A DNA stretch of 64,000 bases from an uncultured Acetatifactor sp. (lineage in GTDB: Bacteria; Bacillota; Clostridia; Lachnospirales; Lachnospiraceae). The stretch lies in contig CANQBS010000003.1 in the NCBI GenBank assembly GCA_947589075.1, positions 23,467 to 87,466 of the forward strand, given 5' to 3'. The notes under the pieces were generated by a model that saw only the letters and a program-made list of their open reading frames with translations, searched no databases and was not told where the DNA came from. The translations under genes and the position numbers were made by a program. Shown piece by piece: positions 35,628 to 44,842 of this stretch (position 1 is its first letter; each line of letters begins with the position of its first letter).

Positions 35628-35852
35628 TCACATCCTCTCCCCGGCCTTTTCCAGAATTTCCCTGACAGAGACGATCTCAACCGCTTCATCCAGTGGGATA
35701 GAGATCCCCAGCCTTGTCTCCAGTTCCCCGATCAGCATGACGTGGGCCAGGGAATCCCATTGTTCCAGGTCGTTCATGGTGGTTTCTTCCGTTACCGTTC
35801 CAGCAGGCACATTCAGCACTTCTTCCATCAGCGCAATAATCTTCTCTTTCAT
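35628..35852 (-). CDS. Acyl carrier protein
   Basis: 74 aa from MKEKIIALMEEV. LEQWDSLAHVMLIGELE contains the DSL phosphopantetheine-attachment serine. GGGAAGGGA RBS. Confidence 0.8.
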   Translation of the reverse strand: MKEKIIALMEEVLNVPAGTVTEETTMNDLEQWDSLAHVMLIGELETRLGISIPLDEAVEIVSVREILEKAGERM

Positions 35853-35906
35853 CGATCCCTTCCCAACCTTTCTGACGCCCATGGGTTTTTACCGTCTTAA
35901 AAGCTT

Positions 35907-37694
35907 TTATTGCTTTATCTTACTATAATACACCCTTTGGGGCCTGCTTGCCAAGTCTATCTCATATTCTTTTTCTCCGTTTTCTTTCCGGAAACAGACC
36001 CGATAACCCAGCTTTTCATATAACTGCTCCACGGGCTTATTCTTCGCGGTGGGGATAAACTGCGCGTGAAGCGACGTAAAGCCTTCTTTCTTCAGGGATT
36101 CTTCCATATCTTCTATCAATGCGTATTCGATCCTTCTGCCCATCACACGGCAGCTCATGACAAATTCCTCGATCCGGGGCAGCCCTCCGGTCCTTTCCTC
36201 TTTCTCTGCTCCCGAAATGGTCCTGTCCTCCGGTCTTCGCCCATCGTCCGATTCTCGCCCATTCTCAGGTCTTCCTCCGTCGTCCGGTTTTCGCCCGTTG
36301 CCCGTTCTTCCTCCCAGGTCCACGATGGCCGCCGCGACGATTCCGTTGTCCCCAAAGCAGTCTTCCACCCGGTAGAGAAAGACTCTTTTGCCGGCATCCG
36401 CCAGAATTTCCTGAAGCCCGGTCAGTTCATACCGTCTGGTGGTGAGGTTGAACTGATTGGTCTTATTGACCAGCTGCAAAAAACGTTCCAGGTTCCGGGC
36501 AGGATCCTCTCTGGTGATCACCATTTGAAGCTGTTGAAGATAAGTATCGAAATCCACGGCAGCTTCTAAGGCGTTTCTTTTTGCATTTGCCTGATACTGA
36601 GCCGTTTTTTCCAGATCCTCATCGGTCACAGTCAGTCTCTGAAAATAGCTCCGGTAGATTTCCGTCATGGCGGCGGACAATTCCTCCGGTCTTGTTGGAA
36701 AATCCGGAACCACCACCTCCGGCAGCATGGTTTTCACCAGTTCCCTTTCTGCCGGATTATCATCCCAGAACACAAAAGAATCCAGACCCAGGTTCAGTTC
36801 CTTTGCAATGGCTCTGATATTTTCATGTTTGGGCTCCCAATTGATCTTACAGGCCGCAAATTTTTCCGGCCGCAGCACACAATGGGGATGATGTTCCAGT
36901 ATTTCCAGGGCATCCGCCTCATTATTCTTTGATACGATCCCCAACAGGACTCCCTGCTCCTGCATTCCCAGAATAACCCTCTGCAGATTTTTATAAGCAA
37001 GTCCCGCATGATCTTCCGACAGCAGCACCGGCTTATGATCCGCTTCCCCGGCCAGTCCTCCCCACAGGGTATTATCCAGATCCAGCAGCAAAACCTTTCT
37101 GGGTCTCTCTCCCCGGGGATAGGTGAGACCGGACGCCAGATAGACCCTGCGGGAAATCTCCGCAGCCAGCCGCTTCTGAGCCTCATTGGTATGCAGGATA
37201 CGGCCCATGTACCACATTTTCAGGGAAAAAGCGTTTTCCTCTCCCAACTGATCTATCACAGCGCGATAAGGAAAGATATGCAGGTTGGCAAATTGTCCGC
37301 ACAGCTCCTCCAATCTATCCTGCCAGGCAGTTTCCAGCCTCCGCTTTTTTTGATAGCCTTCATGGATTACGGCAAGCTCCGGTCCCCACAGGCAGGCGTC
37401 TGAAATAAAATACTCCCTTCCTTCCCGAATACATCCCCTGACTGCGCGGAACCATGCGTCGATGCGGTCTTCCCCGTTTTTCAGGTCATGCTCCATCAGC
37501 TCCATCAGATCCATCAGAAGCACGGTCACCTCAGGTTCAAAAAGCTGATAGGAGGATTCCCCATCCATCATCTGTCCCAGTTCATTGCCGTAACCCTCTG
37601 CAGCCAGAACCTCAAAGTCCTTTTGCAGCATACGTTTCACAAAGTCCATATTCACATTTGACAAAACAGCGATCTTCCGTTTCATGCGAATCAA
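35907..37694 (-). CDS. FkbH-like HAD-IIIC protein (candidate ACP-loading enzyme) with a low-complexity insert
   Basis: LLLDLDNTLWGG (HAD motif I), VSKNNEADALEIL...KINWEPKHENIRAIAKELNLGLDSFVFWDDNPAEREL, and a C-terminal GNAT-like fold (FVMSCRVMGRRIEYALIEDM). The insert is GRTGNGRKPDDGGRPENGRESDDGRRPEDRT. Confidence 0.8.
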   Translation of the reverse strand: MIRMKRKIAVLSNVNMDFVKRMLQKDFEVLAAEGYGNELGQMMDGESSYQLFEPEVTVLLMDLMELMEHDLKNGEDRIDAWFRAVRGCIREGREYFISDACLWGPELAVIHEGYQKKRRLETAWQDRLEELCGQFANLHIFPYRAVIDQLGEENAFSLKMWYMGRILHTNEAQKRLAAEISRRVYLASGLTYPRGERPRKVLLLDLDNTLWGGLAGEADHKPVLLSEDHAGLAYKNLQRVILGMQEQGVLLGIVSKNNEADALEILEHHPHCVLRPEKFAACKINWEPKHENIRAIAKELNLGLDSFVFWDDNPAERELVKTMLPEVVVPDFPTRPEELSAAMTEIYRSYFQRLTVTDEDLEKTAQYQANAKRNALEAAVDFDTYLQQLQMVITREDPARNLERFLQLVNKTNQFNLTTRRYELTGLQEILADAGKRVFLYRVEDCFGDNGIVAAAIVDLGGRTGNGRKPDDGGRPENGRESDDGRRPEDRTISGAEKEERTGGLPRIEEFVMSCRVMGRRIEYALIEDMEESLKKEGFTSLHAQFIPTAKNKPVEQLYEKLGYRVCFRKENGEKEYEIDLASRPQRVYYSKIKQ

Positions 37695-38386
37695 TTGCCC
37701 TTTCCCAGCATCACCCGATACTTGATCTCCGCGATCTCCCAGTCCGTCTGGTTGTCAATGTCCTGCACTTCCAGTTCAGGAACCTCAAAGGGAAGTATAT
37801 TTCCCACCATCAGTCTCCTGTTTTTTTGAAAAGCCTCCGTGTAAAAGAAGTAAAACTGTCCCACATCATGGAAATGGGGCTGCAGATCCTGGGAACGGCT
37901 GTCCAGATATTGGGGGTACTCGAACACCAGTCTGCCTTCCCGGAGGATCATTGCCCGCTGGGGCGGATAGGAAAATCTCACTACCGGGATCAGGGTATCC
38001 GCATCCGAAGCTTTTAGCTTCTCAGCCGCAAGCCTGAGCTTTTCCGCCGTCACAAAGGGGGCCGTGGGATACAGGCAGGCCGCCATTTCAAAATGCTGTC
38101 CCCGCTTTTCATATTCATCCAGGACCTCTAACAGCACATCATTGGTAGAGGCATAGTCGTTCGCAGTTTTCTCGCTTCTGTAAAAAGGAACATGGGCGCC
38201 GTATTCCCTGGCGATGCCGGCGATTTCCTCATCGTCCGTCGATACCATAACCTCATCAAAAAGTCCCGAGGAAACCGCAGCCTCTATGGAATAAGCAAGG
38301 ATGGGCTTCCCGCAGAACTCTTTTACATTTTTACGGGGAATCCTCTTGCTCCCGCCCCGGGCTGTAATAATCGCTATGGTTTTCAT
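37691..38386 (-). CDS. pseF: Pseudaminic acid cytidylyltransferase (CMP-nonulosonate synthetase family)
   Basis: IAIITARGGSKRIPRKNVKEFCGKPILAYSIEAA. ATGA overlap with the upstream gene. Confidence 0.85.
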   Translation of the reverse strand: MKTIAIITARGGSKRIPRKNVKEFCGKPILAYSIEAAVSSGLFDEVMVSTDDEEIAGIAREYGAHVPFYRSEKTANDYASTNDVLLEVLDEYEKRGQHFEMAACLYPTAPFVTAEKLRLAAEKLKASDADTLIPVVRFSYPPQRAMILREGRLVFEYPQYLDSRSQDLQPHFHDVGQFYFFYTEAFQKNRRLMVGNILPFEVPELEVQDIDNQTDWEIAEIKYRVMLGKGN

Positions 38387-40695
38387 CCCGTTACCTCTCT
38401 TTTTTTCTTTTTATAAGATCTTACAGCGGTCACTGTCATAAACAACAGCATAACCAGGCTTACGCCTTCCGCCCCGCGCCAGTACCAGGGTACCACAAAC
38501 TTTACTTCCACCTTTCCCTGAAACCCTTCCGGCAAGATCACACGGACGCGCCCGTTTTCTCCTGTCCGTATCTCCATCAGCTGTCCTGTATCAGCCGCCA
38601 TAGCCCGATACCCTTTATAATTGATCAGAGGAACTTCCACATAAGCTTCCCCGTCCTGTAAATTAGAAACGTAGAAACTGCTTTGAAGGTTCCGATGACC
38701 ATACAGGGTTTCCTGATCATCCATGATGATCACTTGAACTCCGTCAGACCAGGCATAGTCTTTTATACTGAAATATTTCGTGTAATCGCTTCCCCCGATC
38801 TTAAGGTATTCCGAGCCGTCCAGATAAGTTGCGCCGGCGTTTTCGGGATTATACAGCCTGAGAGGTTCCTTTTCTCTCAGAGTATCGTCCAACAGATACT
38901 GTGTTGTGATAAATGCACATCCAACCACCGCACAGATCAAAATAGAACCATAAATTTTCTTTTCCTTTCTTTTTACCAGCCAGACGACCTCACAGGATAC
39001 AAAAATAAAACACAATATGGATATGCAAAACACGCGGAACGGATATTCCAGACTGGATATTAAAGTATCGAACAATGCATTGCATTTCTGCAGCCGATCC
39101 CAGGGAAACAAGTTCGAACTCATCCATACCGTAAGCAGCCCTATGACGGCCATTCCCTTTCCGTATTGATACAAACCTGCTTCCCAGGCGCCTTCCGCCA
39201 TCATTTGCTGTTTCGGATACCTCTTTACCAAGATCAACCACACATAGACCAGTAAGCACAGGGTCACCGCAAATCCCCAGCCAATGGAATCCGTCTGCGC
39301 CATACCGCGGGAAAAATAATGGGAATTGCTTCCGTTTTTAAAAAAGGCAAAAAGAAAGTGCGCCGAGTACAGCCCTCTGCCCTGAATGGTCTGCTGTGCG
39401 CCGAGATTTTCAAAAACAAAATCATCTGAAACCATATAATCCAAAAAGGGCAGCAAAAACCACAGATTCAGAAGCAGCGTTGCGGCAACGGTCTTACATA
39501 AGACAAGAAAGGTTTGTTTCCGGAAGGTCCTTTTTAAAAAAACAATGCATACTAAGGCCGTCATCCCGCTGACGATTTCGAAGCTGAGCGTGTGCGACTG
39601 AAAAACCGCTGTAAATCCCAGGGTAAGGAGCAGCCACAGTTTTTTATAAGCAGGCGTGTTCACATCCTCCGTAAAAGCACGGTAAAGGCCATAAAATAAG
39701 ATCGGCATGAAACAAAGCGCCAGCATCTCCCCATATCCCGCGCGTCCATAGAGATTAAAAATTCTGTAGGGCGTCCAGGAATACAGCATACTTCCGATCA
39801 GACCCACATATTCATCTTTAAAAATGCCTCGAAAGCACCAATAAGCGATCAGGGCTGTCACTATATTATAAAACAATAAGGATAACTGATAAGCGCCCTG
39901 CATACTAAAGCCGACCATCCTGAGTGCGGAAGGAATTACCAAAAATAAATCGCTGTAAAAGATTGCGGAAGCATAGCCATGTCCAAACAGCCAATTCGGT
40001 TCAATCCGCACCGGGAACTGTCCCCCCAGGAGGCCGTCTTTTAGTCCCTCGATCCTGATGAGATGGAATAGAAGATCCACACCCGAAATACAATAATCCA
40101 CCAGAAGCGGCACGGAGTCCACCAATATGATCCCGATCAAACCTATTAGCAAAATGCGGTTTTTTCTTTCCTCCGGTTTCCCGGAAATCGCATCACAGTA
40201 AACCCACAGCCCGTCTGCCGCCAGGCTGATCACCAGCACCCAGAACAATAGAATTCTATTGCCTCCATGGGTCTGGGACAACCATATCCCAGATACTTCC
40301 AGACCGCTGGCTGGGTCCGCAACTACCCGGACAGAAATGGTATCCGAAGCTCCCAACAGCCAAAAAGTAAATCTGACGCCCTCTGTTCCATCTCTTAGGG
40401 GAATCTGGTTCACTTTTAGTTTCCCTTTTGCCCCTTCATTGAGAACCTCTATCAAATCAGAATTACTGCTGTTTTTTATCTGATATTCTGCGGATATTTC
40501 ATAAACTCCTGTGGGAAGATTCAAGTGTTCCACCTTGATTTCTCCCTGCTGTTCCCCATTTCCCTGATAAATCTGTTCCGTTTTCAGTTTTCCAAACATA
40601 CTGAGAAGCAGGATCAGGGATAATAATCCCTCAAGCAGGACAAGGAGTCGAAACCTTTTATTTTTTTCCCACATACAGCGTATTTTTTTATACAT
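38383..40695 (-). CDS. Large polytopic membrane protein with N-terminal and C-terminal extracytoplasmic beta-rich domains (YfhO/GT-C-like candidate), paralogue 2
   Basis: 770 aa. DLLFHLIRIEGLKDGLLGGQFPVRIEPNWLFGHGYASAIFY loop motif. Co-linear with the 778-aa neighbour. Confidence 0.55.
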   Translation of the reverse strand: MYKKIRCMWEKNKRFRLLVLLEGLLSLILLLSMFGKLKTEQIYQGNGEQQGEIKVEHLNLPTGVYEISAEYQIKNSSNSDLIEVLNEGAKGKLKVNQIPLRDGTEGVRFTFWLLGASDTISVRVVADPASGLEVSGIWLSQTHGGNRILLFWVLVISLAADGLWVYCDAISGKPEERKNRILLIGLIGIILVDSVPLLVDYCISGVDLLFHLIRIEGLKDGLLGGQFPVRIEPNWLFGHGYASAIFYSDLFLVIPSALRMVGFSMQGAYQLSLLFYNIVTALIAYWCFRGIFKDEYVGLIGSMLYSWTPYRIFNLYGRAGYGEMLALCFMPILFYGLYRAFTEDVNTPAYKKLWLLLTLGFTAVFQSHTLSFEIVSGMTALVCIVFLKRTFRKQTFLVLCKTVAATLLLNLWFLLPFLDYMVSDDFVFENLGAQQTIQGRGLYSAHFLFAFFKNGSNSHYFSRGMAQTDSIGWGFAVTLCLLVYVWLILVKRYPKQQMMAEGAWEAGLYQYGKGMAVIGLLTVWMSSNLFPWDRLQKCNALFDTLISSLEYPFRVFCISILCFIFVSCEVVWLVKRKEKKIYGSILICAVVGCAFITTQYLLDDTLREKEPLRLYNPENAGATYLDGSEYLKIGGSDYTKYFSIKDYAWSDGVQVIIMDDQETLYGHRNLQSSFYVSNLQDGEAYVEVPLINYKGYRAMAADTGQLMEIRTGENGRVRVILPEGFQGKVEVKFVVPWYWRGAEGVSLVMLLFMTVTAVRSYKKKKREVTG

Positions 40696-43012
40696 TATAT
40701 CTACCCAGTCTTCTTTTCCCGTGCTTTTCCATATATGTCCATACCATCAGCAAAACCAAAACAATCAGGCTCAGCCATTCAGCTGCCCTCCAATACCAGG
40801 GACTGTGAAACGCCACCTGTATATGTCCTTTATATCCCGCCGGAACAACCAGCGTTACGCTGTGGTTTGCGCCATCCAGTACAGGGAGAGACTCCCCTGT
40901 ATCCAGATCCCGGGCTCTATAACCCCGGTAATACAACAGCGCCAGCTCCAGGGTTCCTTCCTGGCCGCTGGTATTCTCGCATGCGATTTCCATGCTTCTG
41001 TCATCCCGTTTATACTCCGTCACGAGAACCCCGTCAGGGATCGGATCGTGATAAGTAAACAGGGACGCATCCGTGCCGTAAGGGAGATATTCTCCCCCTG
41101 CAACATAGGCTACTCCCATTCCTTCGCTGTCATAGAGCCATATGGGCCCCAACGAAAAAAGAATATCGTTCAGCAAATATATATTGCTGCAGAAAAGCAG
41201 CGCCGCCAGCCCACCATAAAAAACATTTCTCACGACCTTCATGCCCCCATTTGCAAGGGTCTGTACAATTACGCCCCCAAGGGCTGTCAGCAGCAGCGTT
41301 GCGATGGTAAGGAAACGATTGGGAAACTGCAGGCTGGAAACCAGTGTCGCTGTCAGACCGTTCAGCGCCTGTATCCGGTCCCAGGGAAATTCGGATAGAC
41401 TCATAATAACCGCCAAGACGCCGAACCAGCAGCAGATCCTTCCAAATGCCAGCTGTGTTCCGGAAAGCTGCTTCCTTTTTTGGAAAAACCACAGACAAAA
41501 CCACACCAGGACTACGGCTGTCAATACGATTCCGATGCTGGTCGGAGCCGTATCCTTCATCCCATTTGCGTCGAAAAAAACATTTCCTCCCGCATCCAAA
41601 AAAGACAGGAAATGATGTGCTGGAAACAAACCTCTGTCCTGGATCCTTCGAGCCGATACATTCTGTATTACAAAATTTCCCCGGATCATATAATCCATAA
41701 ATGGCACCAGGAACCAGGCGCTGAGCAGACAGCTGTAGATCACAGTCTTTGTCAGGACCACAAACGTTTCCCTGCGAAAGACTTTTTTCCACAAGACCAG
41801 GCAAAGAAGTATCGTAAAGCCTCCGGCCAGCTCCCCTGTCAGGAGATGGCTCTGTATCAGTCCCGTAAATCCTATGGTAAGGGGGATCCAGCTTCTCTTA
41901 TAGGATTTTTCCCCGATATCTTCTGTAAATACCCTGTAGAATCCATAAAGGAGAAAGGGCAGGAAAAGCATTGCGATCCCTTCCCCCAGGGCGCCGCAGC
42001 AATAAATCTTATAAATCCGGTACACAGACAGGGTATAAAGCGCCTGGCACATAAGACCGATATATCTTTCCTTAAATATTTTCCGGAAACATTCATAGGA
42101 AACCAGAGCAGTCGCCGCATTTAAAAGGAAAATAAACATACAGTAGCTGGTGGTGATGTCAAAACCGATCAGCCTGAAGATAGCCGCTATGGCAATCACT
42201 GTCTCTCCATAAAATATGGAAGAGGCGTAACCGTAACCATACTGCCACCTAGGTGCGATCCGCACCGGGACCTGTCCTGCCAGCAGCCCGTCCTTGATCC
42301 CCTCAATCCTCATTAAATGATATACCAAGTCTCCGCTGCCTATTATATAGTTAGTCATCAGGGGAATGGATGATACTATAATGGTCAGGGCTAATCCCAA
42401 TATTACACTTTTTTTCTGAACGCTCACCCCATATTCAGAATCATATCGGCTAAACAGCCATATCCCGTTGACTGCCAGGCATATGACAATCAGAACAAAC
42501 AAATAGATCCTGTTTAACGCGTTGGTCTCCCTTATGGATAAGCCGGAAACCAGCAGACTTCCGGAACCGCCATACTGAACATTTACGGTCAGATCATTTG
42601 TACCCTCCAACAGCCAGATATAAAAATCCGTCGTTTCTCTGCCCTGAAAGAGACATGTTTCATTAGACAACAAAGCATGGTAGGATACTGTCCCGTCCGT
42701 CACTGTGCAAGTGTTTACCCAGTCCGTATCCGTATCGTAATGGAGAAATATCCGATACACCCCAGCAGGCAAGGAAATGCTCGGGATCCGCAGGGCTTCC
42801 CCCGATTGTCCTTCCTCAGGATCCACCACGAAAGATCCGTCTTCTGTAATGGAACCAAACTGCGGTTCAAAGCTTTCCAGGCCGAATTCATAAATATGAT
42901 TCTTTCCGAACAAGCCTGCTATGAACACAATCACCAAAATAATCTCTATTGTCAGCAGGATTCTGACTGTCTTTTTTCGTTTACGACATATCTCCCGTAT
43001 TCTTTCCCACAT
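40688..43012 (-). CDS. Large polytopic membrane protein (YfhO/GT-C-like candidate), paralogue 1
   Basis: DLVYHLMRIEGIKDGLLAGQVPVRIAPRWQYGYGYASSIFY. The start at 43012 (MWERI) has GGAGG 5 nt upstream. The stop overlaps the start of paralogue 2. Confidence 0.55.
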   Translation of the reverse strand: MWERIREICRKRKKTVRILLTIEIILVIVFIAGLFGKNHIYEFGLESFEPQFGSITEDGSFVVDPEEGQSGEALRIPSISLPAGVYRIFLHYDTDTDWVNTCTVTDGTVSYHALLSNETCLFQGRETTDFYIWLLEGTNDLTVNVQYGGSGSLLVSGLSIRETNALNRIYLFVLIVICLAVNGIWLFSRYDSEYGVSVQKKSVILGLALTIIVSSIPLMTNYIIGSGDLVYHLMRIEGIKDGLLAGQVPVRIAPRWQYGYGYASSIFYGETVIAIAAIFRLIGFDITTSYCMFIFLLNAATALVSYECFRKIFKERYIGLMCQALYTLSVYRIYKIYCCGALGEGIAMLFLPFLLYGFYRVFTEDIGEKSYKRSWIPLTIGFTGLIQSHLLTGELAGGFTILLCLVLWKKVFRRETFVVLTKTVIYSCLLSAWFLVPFMDYMIRGNFVIQNVSARRIQDRGLFPAHHFLSFLDAGGNVFFDANGMKDTAPTSIGIVLTAVVLVWFCLWFFQKRKQLSGTQLAFGRICCWFGVLAVIMSLSEFPWDRIQALNGLTATLVSSLQFPNRFLTIATLLLTALGGVIVQTLANGGMKVVRNVFYGGLAALLFCSNIYLLNDILFSLGPIWLYDSEGMGVAYVAGGEYLPYGTDASLFTYHDPIPDGVLVTEYKRDDRSMEIACENTSGQEGTLELALLYYRGYRARDLDTGESLPVLDGANHSVTLVVPAGYKGHIQVAFHSPWYWRAAEWLSLIVLVLLMVWTYMEKHGKRRLGRYNV

Positions 43013-43062
43013 AGCTGCCTCCATTCTTTACCTGAGCACAGGCATATCCGCTGCATAAGTTC

Positions 43063-44820
43063 TTAAAACAATCCCACATAGCTGCCTCTCTCCATTTTCA
43101 CTTTCCCGTCCTCTACCCGATATACAATATCACATTTTTCAATGGTCTGCAATCTGTGGGCAATGATCACAAGGGTCTTGCGGCCGTGGAGTCTGTTAAT
43201 GGCTTCCATGATGGCGGCTTCCGTATCGTTATCCAGGGCGGAGGTGGCCTCATCCAGGATCAGCACCTCCGGATCATGGTACAGCGCCCTTGCGATTCCA
43301 ATACGCTGCCTCTGACCCCCCGACAGCCGGATCCCTCTCTCTCCGATACCGGTATCCAGGCCCTCCGGCAGGGTACGGACAAATTCATCCAGCTGGGCCT
43401 CCTTTAAAACCTCCCAGAGCCTGTCCTCATCGATCTTATCGTCAGGCACACCGAAAGCCACATTTTTGCGGATCGTATCGTCCAGCATGAAGATCATCTG
43501 GGGAATATATCCGATATTCTTAAGCCACCCCCGGTAATGTTCCTTTACATTTCTGCCGTCCGCCAGGATTTCCCCTTCCTGCGCCACCAAAAGCCCCAGC
43601 ATGATATCCACCACCGTACTTTTTCCGGCGCCGGAGGTTCCCACGATCCCCACAGACTTTCCAATGGGTATCGTCAGATCCGCCCTGTCAAAGATCAGCT
43701 TATCGGTATTCGGATATGCATAAGTGATCCCCTTCAGCTCGATTTCTTTGGTCACCGGAAGCTTTTCCGTCTCTGCGGCAAAGGACATATCCACGTTTTT
43801 CCCGCTGATCTCATCCTGCAGGTTATCGCTTACCCCCATGAAAAAGGGCTCAAAATAAGCGATGGAATTGATCTGGTTGTTGATGCGGTTCACACTGGGC
43901 AAAAGGACAAGCGCCGCCGCTGCAAAGGTGGTGATGGAATCCAGCATCTCCTCCGGTCTCACGCCCCCCAGGACCATGAAGATCATATAGCAGGCCATAC
44001 AGGCGACACAGACCGTCTCGATCAGAAGCTTGGGAATATTATTGTAAAGACTGTATTTCTGCACGGCGTCCACATATCCCTTGCCGCATTTAATGTATTC
44101 CGAAACAAAATACTGCTCTTTGCAGGTGATCTTCACTTCCTTGATCCCCTGCACAGTCTGAGAGATCCACTTAAACAGCCCGCTGTAATAATTCTGGTTA
44201 TCCTCACCCGCCTTATGCATAATGGGCTTTAGCACCACCTTGATCAGGTACAGCAGCAGGATCAACACCACGGCGATGAAGATCGTCATGGGACCATTCT
44301 GGATGAAGCAGAAGGAAACGACGAAAAGGGACACGATCCCGTCTGACAAAAGCTGCAGGAGAGCCAGGATCAGAGCATACATATTGTTTACATCGGATGT
44401 GATGTTCCTCTGCACCACCGCGGTATCCGCATTCAGATAAAACTCGTAGCCCCGGCGCAGATAATTGCGCATCATGCGCTCTGAGGTGCGAAACTGATTG
44501 GTATAGACAAAGGCCAAGGTCAGCTTCTGCTGCACATATAAAAATACATTTTTCACCACAAAGACCAGGATCATGGAAACCATAATGAGAACCATAAATC
44601 TTTCATGGCTGCCGCCTCCTGTCAGCCGATAAAAATAATTTAGGATTCCATTTTCCTCTATGGCGTTCTCATCCAATATGGTACTCATGACGGGCACAAT
44701 GATCCCCACGCCTGCGGTCTGCAGGGCGGCGCCTATCACCATCAGACCAATAAGCCCCGCCATTGTATTTTTTTGTTTTTGATCTAGCAGGAGATTCAGC
44801 TTCCTCAGTATCTGCCTCAT
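43063..44820 (-). CDS. Type I ABC exporter, fused TMD-NBD (MsbA/PglK-like)
   Basis: Six N-terminal helices, Walker A GTSGAGKST, signature LSGGQRQR, Walker B LILDEATSALD. Confidence 0.85.
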   Translation of the reverse strand: MRQILRKLNLLLDQKQKNTMAGLIGLMVIGAALQTAGVGIIVPVMSTILDENAIEENGILNYFYRLTGGGSHERFMVLIMVSMILVFVVKNVFLYVQQKLTLAFVYTNQFRTSERMMRNYLRRGYEFYLNADTAVVQRNITSDVNNMYALILALLQLLSDGIVSLFVVSFCFIQNGPMTIFIAVVLILLLYLIKVVLKPIMHKAGEDNQNYYSGLFKWISQTVQGIKEVKITCKEQYFVSEYIKCGKGYVDAVQKYSLYNNIPKLLIETVCVACMACYMIFMVLGGVRPEEMLDSITTFAAAALVLLPSVNRINNQINSIAYFEPFFMGVSDNLQDEISGKNVDMSFAAETEKLPVTKEIELKGITYAYPNTDKLIFDRADLTIPIGKSVGIVGTSGAGKSTVVDIMLGLLVAQEGEILADGRNVKEHYRGWLKNIGYIPQMIFMLDDTIRKNVAFGVPDDKIDEDRLWEVLKEAQLDEFVRTLPEGLDTGIGERGIRLSGGQRQRIGIARALYHDPEVLILDEATSALDNDTEAAIMEAINRLHGRKTLVIIAHRLQTIEKCDIVYRVEDGKVKMERGSYVGLF

Positions 44821-44842
44821 ATCGTCAATTCCTTTCCCCCCA

